A stretch of DNA of 64,000 nt, taken from assembly GCA_934141605.1 (NCBI GenBank), contig CAKPCL010000007.1:6142-70141 (forward strand), in the 5' to 3' direction. Both the position numbers and the translations under genes were made by a program. Positions 50,798-61,956 of the stretch are shown here, piece after piece (within the stretch, counting starts at the first letter, position 1; every line of letters starts with the position of its first letter). This DNA is from an uncultured Clostridia bacterium (GTDB lineage Bacteria > Bacillota > Clostridia > TANB77 > CAG-508). The notes beneath the pieces were generated by a model, which was not told where the DNA came from, ran no database searches, and was given only the letters and a program-made list of their open reading frames with translations.

Positions 50798-51247
50798 TTA
50801 TTCTATATTTAATAGCATATTTTTAAATATTCTAGCACGCACTTCATCTTTAATATCTTTATCTAATTTTAAGACATTATCACTTGTTGCTACTTTTAAA
50901 AGTTTAGCTTCTTGTTTTGTTATTATATTGTATGTTAAAAAATCACTTAATAAAATATCTATGTCATTTACTGTAATTGTCTTTCCTATATTATTTATTA
51001 TATGCATTATATAATCTGATTTTGTGTTTGTTATTTTTTTGATTTTGATGTTGCCTCCACCACCTCTTTTGCTTTCTACATAGTACCCTTGTGATGGTTT
51101 AAATCTTGTTGATATTACATAATTTATTTGTGATGGAACACAATTAAAATGTTGTGCTAATTCATTTCTTTGTATTTCTACTAAATCACTTTCATCTTCA
51201 TCAAATAAATCTTTTATAAATTCTTCAATTACATCTGACATTCTCAT
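50798..51247 (-). CDS. ctsR: transcriptional repressor CtsR
   Basis: 149 aa; QRNELAQHFNCVPSQINYVISTRF, ESKRGGGGNIKI. Confidence 0.85.
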   Translation of the reverse strand: MRMSDVIEEFIKDLFDEDESDLVEIQRNELAQHFNCVPSQINYVISTRFKPSQGYYVESKRGGGGNIKIKKITNTKSDYIMHIINNIGKTITVNDIDILLSDFLTYNIITKQEAKLLKVATSDNVLKLDKDIKDEVRARIFKNMLLNIE

Positions 51248-51305
51248 TTTATCAGCCTCCTCTTAATTTTTTTGTCTTTTTGTGCGGTTTTAATATTTTT
51301 CTGTC

Positions 51306-51322
51306 TTTGACTTTCTTTGACC
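51306..51322 (-). promoter_or_regulatory. CtsR operator (GGTCAAAGAAAGTCAAA) just downstream of the TATAAT at 51337-51332
   Basis: Matches the (A/G)GTCAAA-NAN-(A/G)GTCAAA direct-repeat consensus. Overlaps the predicted transcription start. Confidence 0.75.
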
Positions 51323-51367
51323 TACATATATATTATACTTTCTTTTTTTAATATTTCAATTTCGTTT

Positions 51368-51394
51368 TTTGACCTTTTCTGACTTTCTTTGACT
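51368..51394 (-). promoter_or_regulatory. second CtsR operator, three heptads (AGTCAAA-GAA-AGTCAGA-AAA-GGTCAAA)
   Basis: Read on the minus strand, upstream of the -35. Confidence 0.65.
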
Positions 51395-51632
51395 TTTATT
51401 TTCCTTTTTGCTCTTTTTATCTTTATTTTTCTTTCTTTTTTGTTATATTTTCTAATTTTTTTACATTTTCTTTTTGTTTTGACATTGGCACCCAAGCAAA
51501 ATATGTTGTAACAAACTCTCCATACTTTGTTGCATCTTCCCCCTCATCTAAATCATCCATTATATTGTTTTTATTATCCATCATAAAACACATGCCTCCC
51601 AACTAAAGCATGTGCTTTTTTTATATTTTTAT

Positions 51633-52868
51633 TCATATTTTTAATATTTGTCCAGGATAAATTAAATTTGGATTTCTAATTCCATTTAATCTTGCAATCC
51701 ATCTTACACTAACTCCATATCTTCTGGCAATTTTCCACAACGAATCTCCTCTTTGCACTGTATAGTAATAATATTGGCTTTGAGTAGTATTGTATGTTCC
51801 ATATATTATAATTCTTTGGCCTGAATATATTAGATTTGGATTTTGTATATTGTTCCAATTAACAATATTTTGCACACTCACACCATATTTTGATGCAATT
51901 TGCCACAATGTATCTCCCCTCTTTATTGTATAATATGTTTTTCCTGTTGAATTGCTTTCACTGCCGTGAATATTTGTATTTACTAAAATCTTCAATACTT
52001 GGTTTGGATATATTAGATTTACATTTTGAATTTCATTTATTTGTGCTATTTCTTCAACAGTTGTTCTATATGCAGTAGCAATTTTGCTTAAAGTATCTCC
52101 TCTTTTTACTGTATAGTATATTGTTTCTGTATTATTTTCGATATTAGGATTTTCTGTATTTGGGATTTCAGTTGTATCACTTAAAAATATGTTTTCTGAA
52201 AAAATATCTCTATCAACATTTCCATTTATACCAGCAACTCTCCCTACATCAGTGTACTGAGTTCCTATAAAATATTGCCAACTTGTGTTTTCATTTTCTA
52301 AATTTCTATAATCTCCATAATATGCAATCCATAATTCTGAATTATTGGCAACTTCACTATTAAAGGTATTTTTACTATTATACAAATCACTATAAATAAT
52401 TACTTGTTTTTTTGTTAGTTCTTCTACTTTTTTCATAAAAGCTAATGCTATTTGATTTATTTTTTCTATATTGATGTCGTTAAATTGTTCATAATCTAAT
52501 GCCAATTTACAATCTACTTGCTTTCCAGAAATTACTGATGAAAAAAATATTGCTTCTTTTTCTGCTTCTTCAATATTTGTTGCAGTTAAAAAGTGATAAA
52601 ATCCCACTTTTAGATTATTTTCTTTTGCATTTTCATAATTCAATTCAAAATATGGGTCTTTAATTTTTTGCCCTTGGCTTGCTTTTATATATACTATATC
52701 TATTTCATCATTTTTTACTTGATTATAATTTATGTATCCTTGCCAGTCACTTACATCTATGCCTTGATATTTTAATTCACTTTGTGGGGTTATTGCATAT
52801 ATTGATGTTATAAATGTAAATATAAATGATAAAAATATTCCTAAAATTTTTATCGCTTGTTTTTTCAT
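51633..52868 (-). CDS. GH25 muramidase with three C-terminal LysM domains
   Basis: Signal peptide; GIDVSDWQG...; three YYTVKRGDTLxxIA LysM repeats. ATG at 52868 after AAGGAGG. Confidence 0.8.
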   Translation of the reverse strand: MKKQAIKILGIFLSFIFTFITSIYAITPQSELKYQGIDVSDWQGYINYNQVKNDEIDIVYIKASQGQKIKDPYFELNYENAKENNLKVGFYHFLTATNIEEAEKEAIFFSSVISGKQVDCKLALDYEQFNDINIEKINQIALAFMKKVEELTKKQVIIYSDLYNSKNTFNSEVANNSELWIAYYGDYRNLENENTSWQYFIGTQYTDVGRVAGINGNVDRDIFSENIFLSDTTEIPNTENPNIENNTETIYYTVKRGDTLSKIATAYRTTVEEIAQINEIQNVNLIYPNQVLKILVNTNIHGSESNSTGKTYYTIKRGDTLWQIASKYGVSVQNIVNWNNIQNPNLIYSGQRIIIYGTYNTTQSQYYYYTVQRGDSLWKIARRYGVSVRWIARLNGIRNPNLIYPGQILKI

Positions 52869-52963
52869 ACAAACTTCCTCCTTATTTTTGTATATTTTAT
52901 TCTTGAACTTTTTTTTAGTGATTTTTGATTTAGTTATTTCATATATTTTATTATGGTGATTAT

Positions 52964-54022
52964 ATGTTTTCAAAGTGTCATTTTTTTGTATTGAAAATAA
53001 GAAGAAATATTTTTTCTTTAGTATTTTTAGCATTTGGATTAAGCTTATTATTGTTTTCCAGTAGTAATTTACCTGCAATAAAAAAAGGCTTATCCTTATG
53101 GGCTAGTTCTGTAGTTCCTTCACTTTTTCCTTTTTTTGTAGCAACAGAGCTTTTAATGAACACAAATTTTGTAAATTGTTTAGGACGATATTTAAATAAA
53201 ATAATGAAGCCTTTATTTAATATTAGAGGTGAAGGTTCTTTTGGATTTATTATGGGATTAATTAGTGGTTATCCTGTTGGGGCTAAAATTGCTTGTGATT
53301 TTAGAGAAAATAATATTTGTTCAAAGGAGGAATGTGAAAGATTATTAAGTTTTACCAATAATTCTGGTCCTTTGTTTATAGTTGGAACTGTTGGTATTAG
53401 TATGTTTGGTAATTCTACTATTGGATTATTATTATTAATTACTCATATTTTAGCTTGCATTACTGTTGGAATAATTTTTAGGTTTTGGAAGTTTAATTCG
53501 TCTAGTCCTGAATATGTTGGAAGTAAAAATTCAAACTATAAAAAATATAAAAATGTTACTTTTTCTAATTTAGGTGAAGTCTTAGGAAAAAGTATTTCTA
53601 ATAGTATTTCTACTGTTTTAATGATTGGAGGCTTTGTTGTTATATTTTCTAGTATAATTTCTATTTTGAAATCTAGTGGTATTTTGAATAGTTTAGTTTT
53701 TATTATTACGCCTATTTTTAATTTTCTGAGTATTGATAGTTCTTTTGTTTATGGTATTCTTACTGGTTTATTAGAGATTACTAACGGCATTAGTTATGTT
53801 TCTAGTATAAATATTAAAGCTATTTCGGTTAATATTATTATAACTGCTTTTTTACTTGGATTTGGTGGTTTATCTGTTCTTTTACAGGTTTTGAGTATTA
53901 CTTCTAAAACTGATTTGTCTATAAAGCCTTATATTTATGGAAAATTTTTGCATGGTGTTTTGGCTGCTTTTTATACTTTTGTTGCTATTAATGTTTTTTC
54001 ATTTTTTAATTTTAATTTGTAA
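52964..54022 (+). CDS. ylbJ: sporulation integral membrane protein YlbJ family
   Basis: Polytopic membrane protein with the N-terminal pattern GLSLWASSVVPSLFPFFV and a nucleoside-recognition-like domain. Confidence 0.6.
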   Translation: MFSKCHFFVLKIRRNIFSLVFLAFGLSLLLFSSSNLPAIKKGLSLWASSVVPSLFPFFVATELLMNTNFVNCLGRYLNKIMKPLFNIRGEGSFGFIMGLISGYPVGAKIACDFRENNICSKEECERLLSFTNNSGPLFIVGTVGISMFGNSTIGLLLLITHILACITVGIIFRFWKFNSSSPEYVGSKNSNYKKYKNVTFSNLGEVLGKSISNSISTVLMIGGFVVIFSSIISILKSSGILNSLVFIITPIFNFLSIDSSFVYGILTGLLEITNGISYVSSINIKAISVNIIITAFLLGFGGLSVLLQVLSITSKTDLSIKPYIYGKFLHGVLAAFYTFVAINVFSFFNFNL

Positions 54023-54113
54023 TTTTATCTGTATTGTAGGCTGGTCTTAATCTTTTTTTAGAATATTTGCTTTGTTTTTGAATATAATTTATTAGTATGA
54101 TTGGGGTGATTTT

Positions 54114-54362
54114 ATGGATAAAGATTTTAATGGTATGCCACCTTTTATGGATTATTCTATGTTTCAGCAAATGCCAGGAGGTCCTTCTCCTGATATGAGT
54201 GATATCTATCGTGACCCGATGTTTAATCCTATGGCTCAATATGAACAGGCTTTTTTGTATTATAGATATATGTGTATGCAAATGGATTATAAAATTAAGT
54301 GTAAAGAGTATGAAAAAATGTGTAGTTCTAATAATGAGAAGAGTCAGAGAAGAGTTGAATAA
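54114..54362 (+). CDS. hypothetical Met/Pro-rich small protein
   Basis: GGGGTGA Shine-Dalgarno. Preferred over the antisense ORF 54012..54392. Confidence 0.45.
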   Translation: MDKDFNGMPPFMDYSMFQQMPGGPSPDMSDIYRDPMFNPMAQYEQAFLYYRYMCMQMDYKIKCKEYEKMCSSNNEKSQRRVE

Positions 54363-54381
54363 ACTTTTCTCTGATTTTTTA

Positions 54382-54687
54382 TTAAATAACATTATATAAA
54401 TTAGTTTCTACTTTATCTTTTAAAAATTCACTTAACAATGTTGGACTTTTAATTAATTCTTCTTTTTGTTTTTTAGTTAATTTTTTTATATAATATTCTA
54501 ATCTTGAAGCTAATACTCTATTTTCTGATTTCCAAGCAATTTCCATTTTTACTGCTTCATGTCTCAATGTATATTTTGCAGTTTTTTCACCTTTTTCTTT
54601 ATGTTCTTTCAATCTTCTTTCTAAATCTGTTGTTATTCCTGTATATAATGAATTATCTTTACATCTTAATATATATGTGTAGTACAT
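54382..54687 (-). CDS. GIY-YIG nuclease family protein
   Basis: MYYTYILRCKDNSLYTGITTDLERRLKEH. Confidence 0.85.
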   Translation of the reverse strand: MYYTYILRCKDNSLYTGITTDLERRLKEHKEKGEKTAKYTLRHEAVKMEIAWKSENRVLASRLEYYIKKLTKKQKEELIKSPTLLSEFLKDKVETNLYNVI

Positions 54688-54746
54688 CTTTTTCTCCTTT
54701 TTTCGACAAAATCCTGAGATATTTCTCGTCTGTCCCAAAGGTTTCA

Positions 54747-56015
54747 TTAACTTCTTAATTGATTTTCAATATTTAAAAGTCTATTATATTTAGCGACTCT
54801 ATCAGTTCTACAAGGTGCTCCTGTTTTTATTTGTCCAGCATTTACGGCAACTGCCAAATCTGCAATTGTTGTGTCTTCTGTTTCGCCTGACCTATGGGAA
54901 ATTATAGTCTTATATCCTTTTTCTTTTGCTTCTTGTATTGTGTCTAAGGTTTCTGTTAAAGTTCCTATTTGATTTGGTTTTATTAAAATTGCGTTTGCTA
55001 CATTTTCCTTTATTCCTCTTTGAAGTCTTTTTATATTTGTTACAAATAAATCGTCTCCAACAAGTTGAACTTTGTCTCCTAATTTTTCTGTTAATTCTCT
55101 CCATGATTCCCAGTCTTCCTCAGCTAGTCCATCTTCTACTGATATAATTGGATATTTATCTGTTAATTCTATAATATATTGTATCATTTCTTGCTTAGTT
55201 TTGTATATATCTGTTTTCCAAAAATAATATCCGTCCCTTCCTGTTTTTTTTGCTTCATCATACATCTCCGTACTTGCTATGTCTAAAGCTAAACATATAT
55301 CTTTTCCAGGTTCATACCCTGCTTTTTTTATTGCTTCTATTATAGCATCTAGTGCTTCTTCTTCATTTTTTAAGTCTGGTGCAAACCCACCTTCATCTCC
55401 AACTCCTACTGAATGCCCTTTTTCTTTTAATACTTTTTTTAGTGTATGATAAACTTCCACTCCTCTTTTTAGTCTTTCTGCAAATGTTATGCTTCCTACT
55501 GGTACTATCATAAATTCTTGTATGTTTATGTTGTTGTCTGAGTGTTTTCCTCCGTTTAAAATATTCATCATTGGAACTGGTAATTCTTTTGCGTTTATTC
55601 CTCCTATATAGTTGTATAGTTCAATTCCTAATGAGTTTGCTGCTGCTTTTGCTACTGCTAGTGATACTCCTAGTGTTGCATTTGCTCCTAAATTCGATTT
55701 ATTTAATGTATCATCTAATTCTACTAGTGTTCTGTCTATTTTTCTTTGATCGTATACATTAATGTCTATTATTTTTTTTGCTATTTTCTTGTTTACATTT
55801 TCTACTGCTTTGCTTACGCCTTTTCCTAAATATCTTGATTTGTCCCCATCTCTTAATTCTACTGCTTCAAAGCTTCCTGTTGATGCTCCTGATGGAACCA
55901 TTGCTATTCCTGAAAATCCTCCTTCTGTTACTACTTCTACTTGTACTGTTGGGTTTCCTCTAGAGTCTAAAACTTCTAATGCTTCTATGTTTTTTATGGC
56001 TAAAAAATCTTTCAT
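54747..56015 (-). CDS. eno: enolase
   Basis: [17 protein letters not shown]..., SHRSGETED. Confidence 0.95.
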   Translation of the reverse strand: MKDFLAIKNIEALEVLDSRGNPTVQVEVVTEGGFSGIAMVPSGASTGSFEAVELRDGDKSRYLGKGVSKAVENVNKKIAKKIIDINVYDQRKIDRTLVELDDTLNKSNLGANATLGVSLAVAKAAANSLGIELYNYIGGINAKELPVPMMNILNGGKHSDNNINIQEFMIVPVGSITFAERLKRGVEVYHTLKKVLKEKGHSVGVGDEGGFAPDLKNEEEALDAIIEAIKKAGYEPGKDICLALDIASTEMYDEAKKTGRDGYYFWKTDIYKTKQEMIQYIIELTDKYPIISVEDGLAEEDWESWRELTEKLGDKVQLVGDDLFVTNIKRLQRGIKENVANAILIKPNQIGTLTETLDTIQEAKEKGYKTIISHRSGETEDTTIADLAVAVNAGQIKTGAPCRTDRVAKYNRLLNIENQLRS

Positions 56016-56093
56016 AAATCTTCTTCCTTTCATTTTTTTTATTTTTGATATTTTAACCATTTTTTCCAGATTTATACATATAATGTATCTAAA

Positions 56094-57725
56094 CTAACTC
56101 ACTTTCTTATTTCTTAACTGCATAGCATATTGAATAGTAGCCTCATTAATTTCGCCAGAAGAAATACGGGCAATCTCTTCTAAAGTCTCTTTCTCATTTA
56201 ACAGTTTTATATTAGTATTAGTTCTTTCGTTGATTACCTTTTTGCTAATAAAATAATTATAGTCTGCAATTGCAGCAATACTTGGTAAATGTGAAATACA
56301 CAATACTTGGTGATTTTTAGAAATTCCATTTAATTTTTCTGCAACAGCCCCAGCTGCTTTACCACTAATTCCAGTATCTATTTCGTCAAAAATTAAAACT
56401 GGCATTTTATCTGTATCTGCTAAAACCTTTTTAATAGCAAGCATAATTCTTGACATTTCTCCTCCTGATGCTATTTTAGATAATGGTTTTTCATCTTCTC
56501 CTAAGTTTGTATTAATATAAAATTCAACTATGTCTTTTCCATTTTCAAAGAACTCATTTTCATTATAATCCACATGAATATTTATACTAGCATTTTTCAT
56601 TTCCAAATCTTCTAAAACCTTGTTTATGCTTATGCTCAAAGCTTTTCCATATTCTATTCTTAATTTGTTAATTTTTTCTGCTAATTTTGTCATTTCTTCT
56701 TTTAATTGTTTTAGTTCCTTTTTTAGTTTATTATTGTATTCATCTAAATTTTCAATGTGATTTATTTCAGTTTCTATCTCATCTTTATAGTTTAGGATTT
56801 CTTGTACATCATTACCATATTTTCTTTTTAAATTGTATATTAAATCAAGTCTTTCTTCAACTTCATTTCTTTCTTGTTCGTCAAAATATACATCTTCTTT
56901 ATGTTCTGATATATCTCTTGAAATTTCTTGTAACTCATAATATATATTTTTTAAATTACTAGAAATATCTTCATATTTTTTGTCTATGTTTTCTATTTTT
57001 TCTAAGGCTCTTATTGCTATATTTATGCTGTCTATGCTATTTTCTCCTATGGCAATATCAGCCTCATTTAGGTTTTTAGATATCTTTTCAGAGTTTAACA
57101 TTAATTTTCTTTTTTCTTCTAAGTTTTCTTCTTCATTTACTTTCAAATTTGCTTCTTCTATTTCATTAAATTGATATCTTAATAAATCTAGTTTTCTTTC
57201 TCTTTCTTTTTCATCTCCATAGTTGTTTTTTAATTCCTGTTTTATTTCTAGATATCTTTCGTATTTTTCTTTATATTGATTTTTTATATCAATTATTTTG
57301 TCACCAATAAATCCGTCTAAATATTTTAGATGAAATTTGTTGTCTAGTAAACTTTGATTGTCGTTTTGCCCATGTATTTCAATAAATTTGCTCATAAAAT
57401 TTTTTAGTTCATTAACTGTTACCATTCTTCCGTTTATTTTACACATATTTTTACCATTGTTGTTTATTTCCCTTGATACTATAATATTTCCGTCTATTGA
57501 ATTTTCATTTTCAGGTTCGTACATACATATTTCTACAAATGAGTTTGTCTCGCCTTTTCTTATCATTTCTTTAGAAAATCTTCCTCCTGATATTATATCA
57601 ATAGAGTCAATTATTAATGTTTTTCCTGCTCCTGTTTCTCCAGTTAATACATTTAGACCTTCGTTTAAGTCTATGTTTAAATCGTCTATAATTCCAATGT
57701 TTTTTATATGTAATGTTGATATCAT
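56094..57725 (-). CDS. recN: DNA repair protein RecN
   Basis: N-terminal Walker A GETGAGKT, coiled coil, C-terminal signature/Walker B LIFDEIDTGISG. Confidence 0.9.
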   Translation of the reverse strand: MISTLHIKNIGIIDDLNIDLNEGLNVLTGETGAGKTLIIDSIDIISGGRFSKEMIRKGETNSFVEICMYEPENENSIDGNIIVSREINNNGKNMCKINGRMVTVNELKNFMSKFIEIHGQNDNQSLLDNKFHLKYLDGFIGDKIIDIKNQYKEKYERYLEIKQELKNNYGDEKERERKLDLLRYQFNEIEEANLKVNEEENLEEKRKLMLNSEKISKNLNEADIAIGENSIDSINIAIRALEKIENIDKKYEDISSNLKNIYYELQEISRDISEHKEDVYFDEQERNEVEERLDLIYNLKRKYGNDVQEILNYKDEIETEINHIENLDEYNNKLKKELKQLKEEMTKLAEKINKLRIEYGKALSISINKVLEDLEMKNASINIHVDYNENEFFENGKDIVEFYINTNLGEDEKPLSKIASGGEMSRIMLAIKKVLADTDKMPVLIFDEIDTGISGKAAGAVAEKLNGISKNHQVLCISHLPSIAAIADYNYFISKKVINERTNTNIKLLNEKETLEEIARISSGEINEATIQYAMQLRNKKVS

Positions 57726-57912
57726 AAAAAAGACCTCCTAAAAATTTGTTTTTAATTTGTTTATATAGAACAAATTATCTCCGATTTTTTGTTTGGTCTT
57801 ATTATATATTTTTGAATTTATTTTGTCAATACTTTTTCAAACATTTTTTTGGTAATAAATTTTGAAAAATCTGATGTTTTGTGGTAGTACTCTATTTACT
57901 AAGTTTATGTTA

Positions 57913-58212
57913 CTATAAATTATTTTTTATTTTTTTTATTTCTTCTTTTGATAATTCTGTTACTTCTATAATTTCTTCTAATGGCAAGTTTTTTTCTAAA
58001 AGTTTTTTTGCTGTTTTTATTTTATTTTTCTTTTCTCCGTTCTTCTTTTCCGCTTTTCTATTCCGTTTCCTTTCTGCATATCTTAATTCAGTTGTTCTAT
58101 CTGATTCCCACAAGTCTCTCATGTCTTCTAAATATTGTGCTTCTTCACTTGCTGTAAAATATTTTATCTCGACTTCAGCTTCTTTTATTATTTCATTTTT
58201 AGCCTTTGCCAT
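57913..58212 (-). pseudogene. C-terminal remnant resembling Rpn/YhgA-like PD-(D/E)XK transposase-like proteins
   Basis: The tail ..KTAKKLLEKNLPLEEIIEVTELSKEEIKKI is typical of that family's C-terminus. No nuclease domain lies upstream. Confidence 0.4.
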
Positions 58213-58597
58213 TTCTATTTCCCCCTTATCTGTATCATCTATTACAGCTAATAGCTTGTTCTCCTTTATTATAACAATTGCTTTTATAAAATTTAAGTAT
58301 TTGTTATAACTTTTTAATAAATATTTTCTATTTAGTTAATATATGTGTATTTTTTCTTATGTATGCTAAATAGACTTCTCCCTTCTTTATTATTTTTGTT
58401 TTTTGGGTTTTATTTTGATTTTAATTTTTGATTTCAAATTTTGAAATAATGAAATTTTGATTTAAATTAAAATTTTTGATTTTTGAAATTTTTAGCCACT
58501 ATATGTGCTAAATAGAATAATCTATTTATATCACATTTAGTGGCTAATGTAAATAATTTTTTAACAATTTTATGTAGTTTTCATCGCAAAAATCTAC

Positions 58598-58650
58598 ATT
58601 TTTTGACAAAAAATATGAGACAAATTAGGACTGTCCCAACTGTCTCAAAA
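58598..58650 (-). repeat. Terminator-like repeat module, copy 2 (contains the last codons and stop of murI)
   Basis: Minus strand TGAGACAGTTGGGACAGTCCTAATTTGTCTCATATTTTTTGTCAAAAAATG. Confidence 0.75.
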
Positions 58651-59392
58651 ATCTTTCTCTTTTATACTCTGAATTGCCTGAATCTGTAAACTCAACTATT
58701 CCTTTATTTTTAGAACTGCTTATTAAATCTTTTTCTTCCAAAATATCTTTTAAATGTTTTGCAAGGCTTCCTGCACCATTAAAAAATTCAACATCTCCTA
58801 ATACTTCTTTTATTTCATTTTTTATTAAAGGATAATGTGTACAGCCTAAAACAACATTATGTACTTTTCCTACATATTCAGATAAATTTTCTTTTAAGTA
58901 TTTTTTTATTTTTTCTTCATTTCCTTCTTCAATAATATCTGCTAATCCATGGCATGCCATTAAATATGTTTTGTGATTATCATATTTGCTATATAGTTTA
59001 TGAAATTTTTCGCTTTCTATTGTTCCTTTTGTTGCCATTACAAGTGTTACTTGGTCATATGCAAAATCATGTACCATTTTATATGCAGGTTCTATTGCTA
59101 TTATTGGTATTTCTGGATATTTTTCTCGTAATGTTTTGGCTGCTTTTGCACTTGCTGTGTTACATGCTATTACTATTGCCTTGCATTTTTGTTTAATAAA
59201 ATTGCTTACTATTTTATCGCAGATTTCGATTATTTCTTCGTCTGTTTTATCTCCATATGGGTTGTTTTTAGAATCACTAAAATATTTATAATTTTCATTT
59301 GGAAGTAGCTTTATTATTTCTTTTAAAACTGTTACTCCACCTATTCCAGAGTCAAAAATTCCTATGCTTTCTTCTTTTTTCACAATATTCAT
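58625..59392 (-). CDS. murI: glutamate racemase
   Basis: IGIFDSGIGG, ACNTAS, GCTHYP. The start may be the GTG at codon 4. Confidence 0.9.
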   Translation of the reverse strand: MNIVKKEESIGIFDSGIGGVTVLKEIIKLLPNENYKYFSDSKNNPYGDKTDEEIIEICDKIVSNFIKQKCKAIVIACNTASAKAAKTLREKYPEIPIIAIEPAYKMVHDFAYDQVTLVMATKGTIESEKFHKLYSKYDNHKTYLMACHGLADIIEEGNEEKIKKYLKENLSEYVGKVHNVVLGCTHYPLIKNEIKEVLGDVEFFNGAGSLAKHLKDILEEKDLISSSKNKGIVEFTDSGNSEYKRERFLRQLGQS

Positions 59393-59475
59393 CCTTTCAC
59401 ATTTTCATATAAATATTATATATAATTTTACTTTCAAAAACAACAAAAAAGCAGAAATTTTCTGCTTTTTATTGT

Positions 59476-61251
59476 TTATATCAAATTATATCTTTTTAAT
59501 AAATCTTCAATAACAGTACCTTCAACTTTCTTTAAAGCTTTTTTAGCAACAAGTTCAGTGGCAAAAGGCAACTTCATATCAGTCAATTTCTTGCCATCCA
59601 TCATCTTTGAAGTAGAATCTAGTAAAACACGGACATCATAGCAAGAACCAAATACTTCTGGAACGCCTCTATCTACATCTAACAATGTATAAACCGCTTC
59701 CATAGCTGTTCTTACAGAGTATTCTGTTGTGAATACTGTGTCTCTAACTGTATCTGCAAATTGTCCTAAAAATGCAAAATTTTTACATCCATCTGGAACA
59801 ACTTTTGGTCTATCACCTGCTGTTCTTGGCATAAAGAACGCTGTTATATATGGCATCATGCAAGGTACACAGTTTGCTGAGTTTGTAGCCAATTCTTCTA
59901 TTTGGTCTTCTGGTACGCCTAAATGATATAGCCATTCTTCTGTGATTTCTTTACCTGTACATTCTCTCATTGGTTTCTTTATATAGTTTCCAGGTTTGTT
60001 TGTAAATAAACCATAAACCCATACAACCAGTTGTCCTTTAGGTTGATTTTTGAAGTGTGGTTGTCTATTTATTGTCCAACTCATTAGCCAATTTGAGTCT
60101 TTTACTGAAACGATTCCTCCTGTTACAACTCTACCGCTAAATGGGTCTCTTTTACAGATTTTTTCTATATATGGTGGTATTTTATCGTCTAATGTTGTAA
60201 CTGTTGCAGATTCCCAGTTTGTTTTAGAAATATCTGAACAGAATTTATCTGGATGTCCAAAGTCTTGGCTTTGTCTTGCAATTTTTCTCCATAAATCCCA
60301 ACATGCTCCCTCACCATTTTGTATATTTAAATCTGGTGCAGTGTTTTGGTCTCCAAGCATTGCTCTTTCTGTACAACTTCCATTTGTAACAAACACTAAA
60401 TCATTTACTGTTAAATTGATTGTTTCTTCTTCTCCATTATGAAGGCATATTATTTGTTTTGCAGTTTTCTTTTTTCCATCAATATCAAATAATACATTTG
60501 TAACTTTTGTGTCATATTGGAATTGAACTCCATAGCTTTCTAGATATTTTACCATCGGCAATATTAATGATTCATATTGATTGTATTTTGTGAATTTCAA
60601 TGCTGAAAAGTCTGGTAATCCACCAATATGATGTATAAATCTTTGAATATATAATTTCATTTCTAGTGCACTGTGCCAGTCTTCAAATGCAAACATTGTT
60701 CTCCAGTATAGCCAAAAGTTTGATTTAAAGAACTCGTCTGTAAATACATCTGTTATTTTTTTATCATATAAATCTTCATCTTTTGTCATGAATAATTTTA
60801 TTATTTCCATTGATGCTTTTTCAGATAGTGTAAATTTTCCATCTGTGTGCGCATCTTGCCCTCTTTTTACTGTTGCTCTCATTAATGAATAATTTGGGTC
60901 TTTTTTATTAAGCCAATAATATTCGTCTAGTACTGATGCTCCTTCTGTTTCTAATGATGGTATTGAACGGAATAAATCCCATAAACATTCAAAATGGTTT
61001 TCCATTTCTCTTCCACCACGAATGATAAATCCTTTTTGAGCATCTTCAATTCCGTCACATGCTCCTCCTGGTAATTTTGCTTCTTCTAAAATGTGAATGT
61101 TTTCGCCTTTCATTTGTCCATCTCTTACTAAAAAACATGCTGCTGCAAGTGATGCTAGTCCTGCTCCTACTAGGTATGCAGATTTGTTATCTACTCCTTC
61201 TGGTTTTCTAGGGTGTGAAAATGCTTCATAATTTCCATTACTATAATACAT
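59476..61251 (-). CDS. ohyA: oleate hydratase (MCRA family)
   Basis: 591 aa; N-terminal FAD motif [16 protein letters not shown]. Confidence 0.8.
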   Translation of the reverse strand: MYYSNGNYEAFSHPRKPEGVDNKSAYLVGAGLASLAAACFLVRDGQMKGENIHILEEAKLPGGACDGIEDAQKGFIIRGGREMENHFECLWDLFRSIPSLETEGASVLDEYYWLNKKDPNYSLMRATVKRGQDAHTDGKFTLSEKASMEIIKLFMTKDEDLYDKKITDVFTDEFFKSNFWLYWRTMFAFEDWHSALEMKLYIQRFIHHIGGLPDFSALKFTKYNQYESLILPMVKYLESYGVQFQYDTKVTNVLFDIDGKKKTAKQIICLHNGEEETINLTVNDLVFVTNGSCTERAMLGDQNTAPDLNIQNGEGACWDLWRKIARQSQDFGHPDKFCSDISKTNWESATVTTLDDKIPPYIEKICKRDPFSGRVVTGGIVSVKDSNWLMSWTINRQPHFKNQPKGQLVVWVYGLFTNKPGNYIKKPMRECTGKEITEEWLYHLGVPEDQIEELATNSANCVPCMMPYITAFFMPRTAGDRPKVVPDGCKNFAFLGQFADTVRDTVFTTEYSVRTAMEAVYTLLDVDRGVPEVFGSCYDVRVLLDSTSKMMDGKKLTDMKLPFATELVAKKALKKVEGTVIEDLLKRYNLI

Positions 61252-61377
61252 ATTTTATTCCTCCTTTGTTATTGAAGTATTATAAAAACAATTTTTTAAA
61301 ATTTTCAATATACAAGTTTTTTAATATGTATAATTTTTGGACAATTTTATGTTTTTGTATGAATTTTAAGGATAATT

Positions 61378-61926
61378 TTAATTTTGCATTTTTTCTAATG
61401 CTTTTTTAAAATCACCTTCAATAATATTGTTTAGTTTTTTTATTATTATTTCTGGTTCTTCTTTCATACCAGCTTCTATCCATTCTTGTAAGATTCCAAC
61501 AAAACCATATTTATAAAAATCAGCCATAAATTTTTTATCTTCTACTTTTATATTCATTCCTTCAGATTCTTTGTCAATAAAATCAATTAATAATTTATTT
61601 GTTTGCATATAAATAAATCTTAATAAATACTCTCTACTTATTGAATTATATGTGTTTTTAACAAATTCTTTATTCTTTAATACATATTGAAAAATATACA
61701 AAAAGCGTTGTTGCCAGTCCTCATCTTTATTATCAATTTCGTCTATAACTTCGTTTTTATATATCCATTCTAATAAGTCATAAATGTCTTTAAAATGGTA
61801 ATAAAATGTTTGTCTGTTTACCCCACATTCGTCTGTTATATTTAATATTGTTATTTTTGATAATTCTTTTTTTGAAAGTAATTTTTTTAAAGATACAGCT
61901 AGAGCTTTTTTTGTTAATTCTGACAT
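61378..61926 (-). CDS. TetR-family transcriptional regulator
   Basis: N-terminal HTH ITILNITDECGVNRQTFYYHFKDIYDL. Confidence 0.65.
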   Translation of the reverse strand: MSELTKKALAVSLKKLLSKKELSKITILNITDECGVNRQTFYYHFKDIYDLLEWIYKNEVIDEIDNKDEDWQQRFLYIFQYVLKNKEFVKNTYNSISREYLLRFIYMQTNKLLIDFIDKESEGMNIKVEDKKFMADFYKYGFVGILQEWIEAGMKEEPEIIIKKLNNIIEGDFKKALEKMQN

Positions 61927-61956
61927 ATTTACTCCTTTTTTCTTTTAGATGTTCTT

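Noticed and set aside
51423-51584. 53-codon minus-strand ORF (MMDNKNNIMDDLDEGEDATKYGEF...) between the lysozyme gene and ctsR.
   Set aside because: Its only Shine-Dalgarno (GGGAGG) sits in the loop of the lysozyme gene terminator hairpin. There is no promoter evidence, so it is left uncalled.
54012-54392. 126-aa minus-strand ORF.
   Set aside because: Its composition is basic and His/Ile-rich, and it has no Shine-Dalgarno. It is antisense to a plus-strand ORF that does have a Shine-Dalgarno. Neither is strongly supported.
57881-58309. 142-aa plus-strand ORF.
   Set aside because: It is an F/S/I-rich low-complexity mirror frame. The minus-strand frame has a recognisable Rpn-like C-terminal tail.
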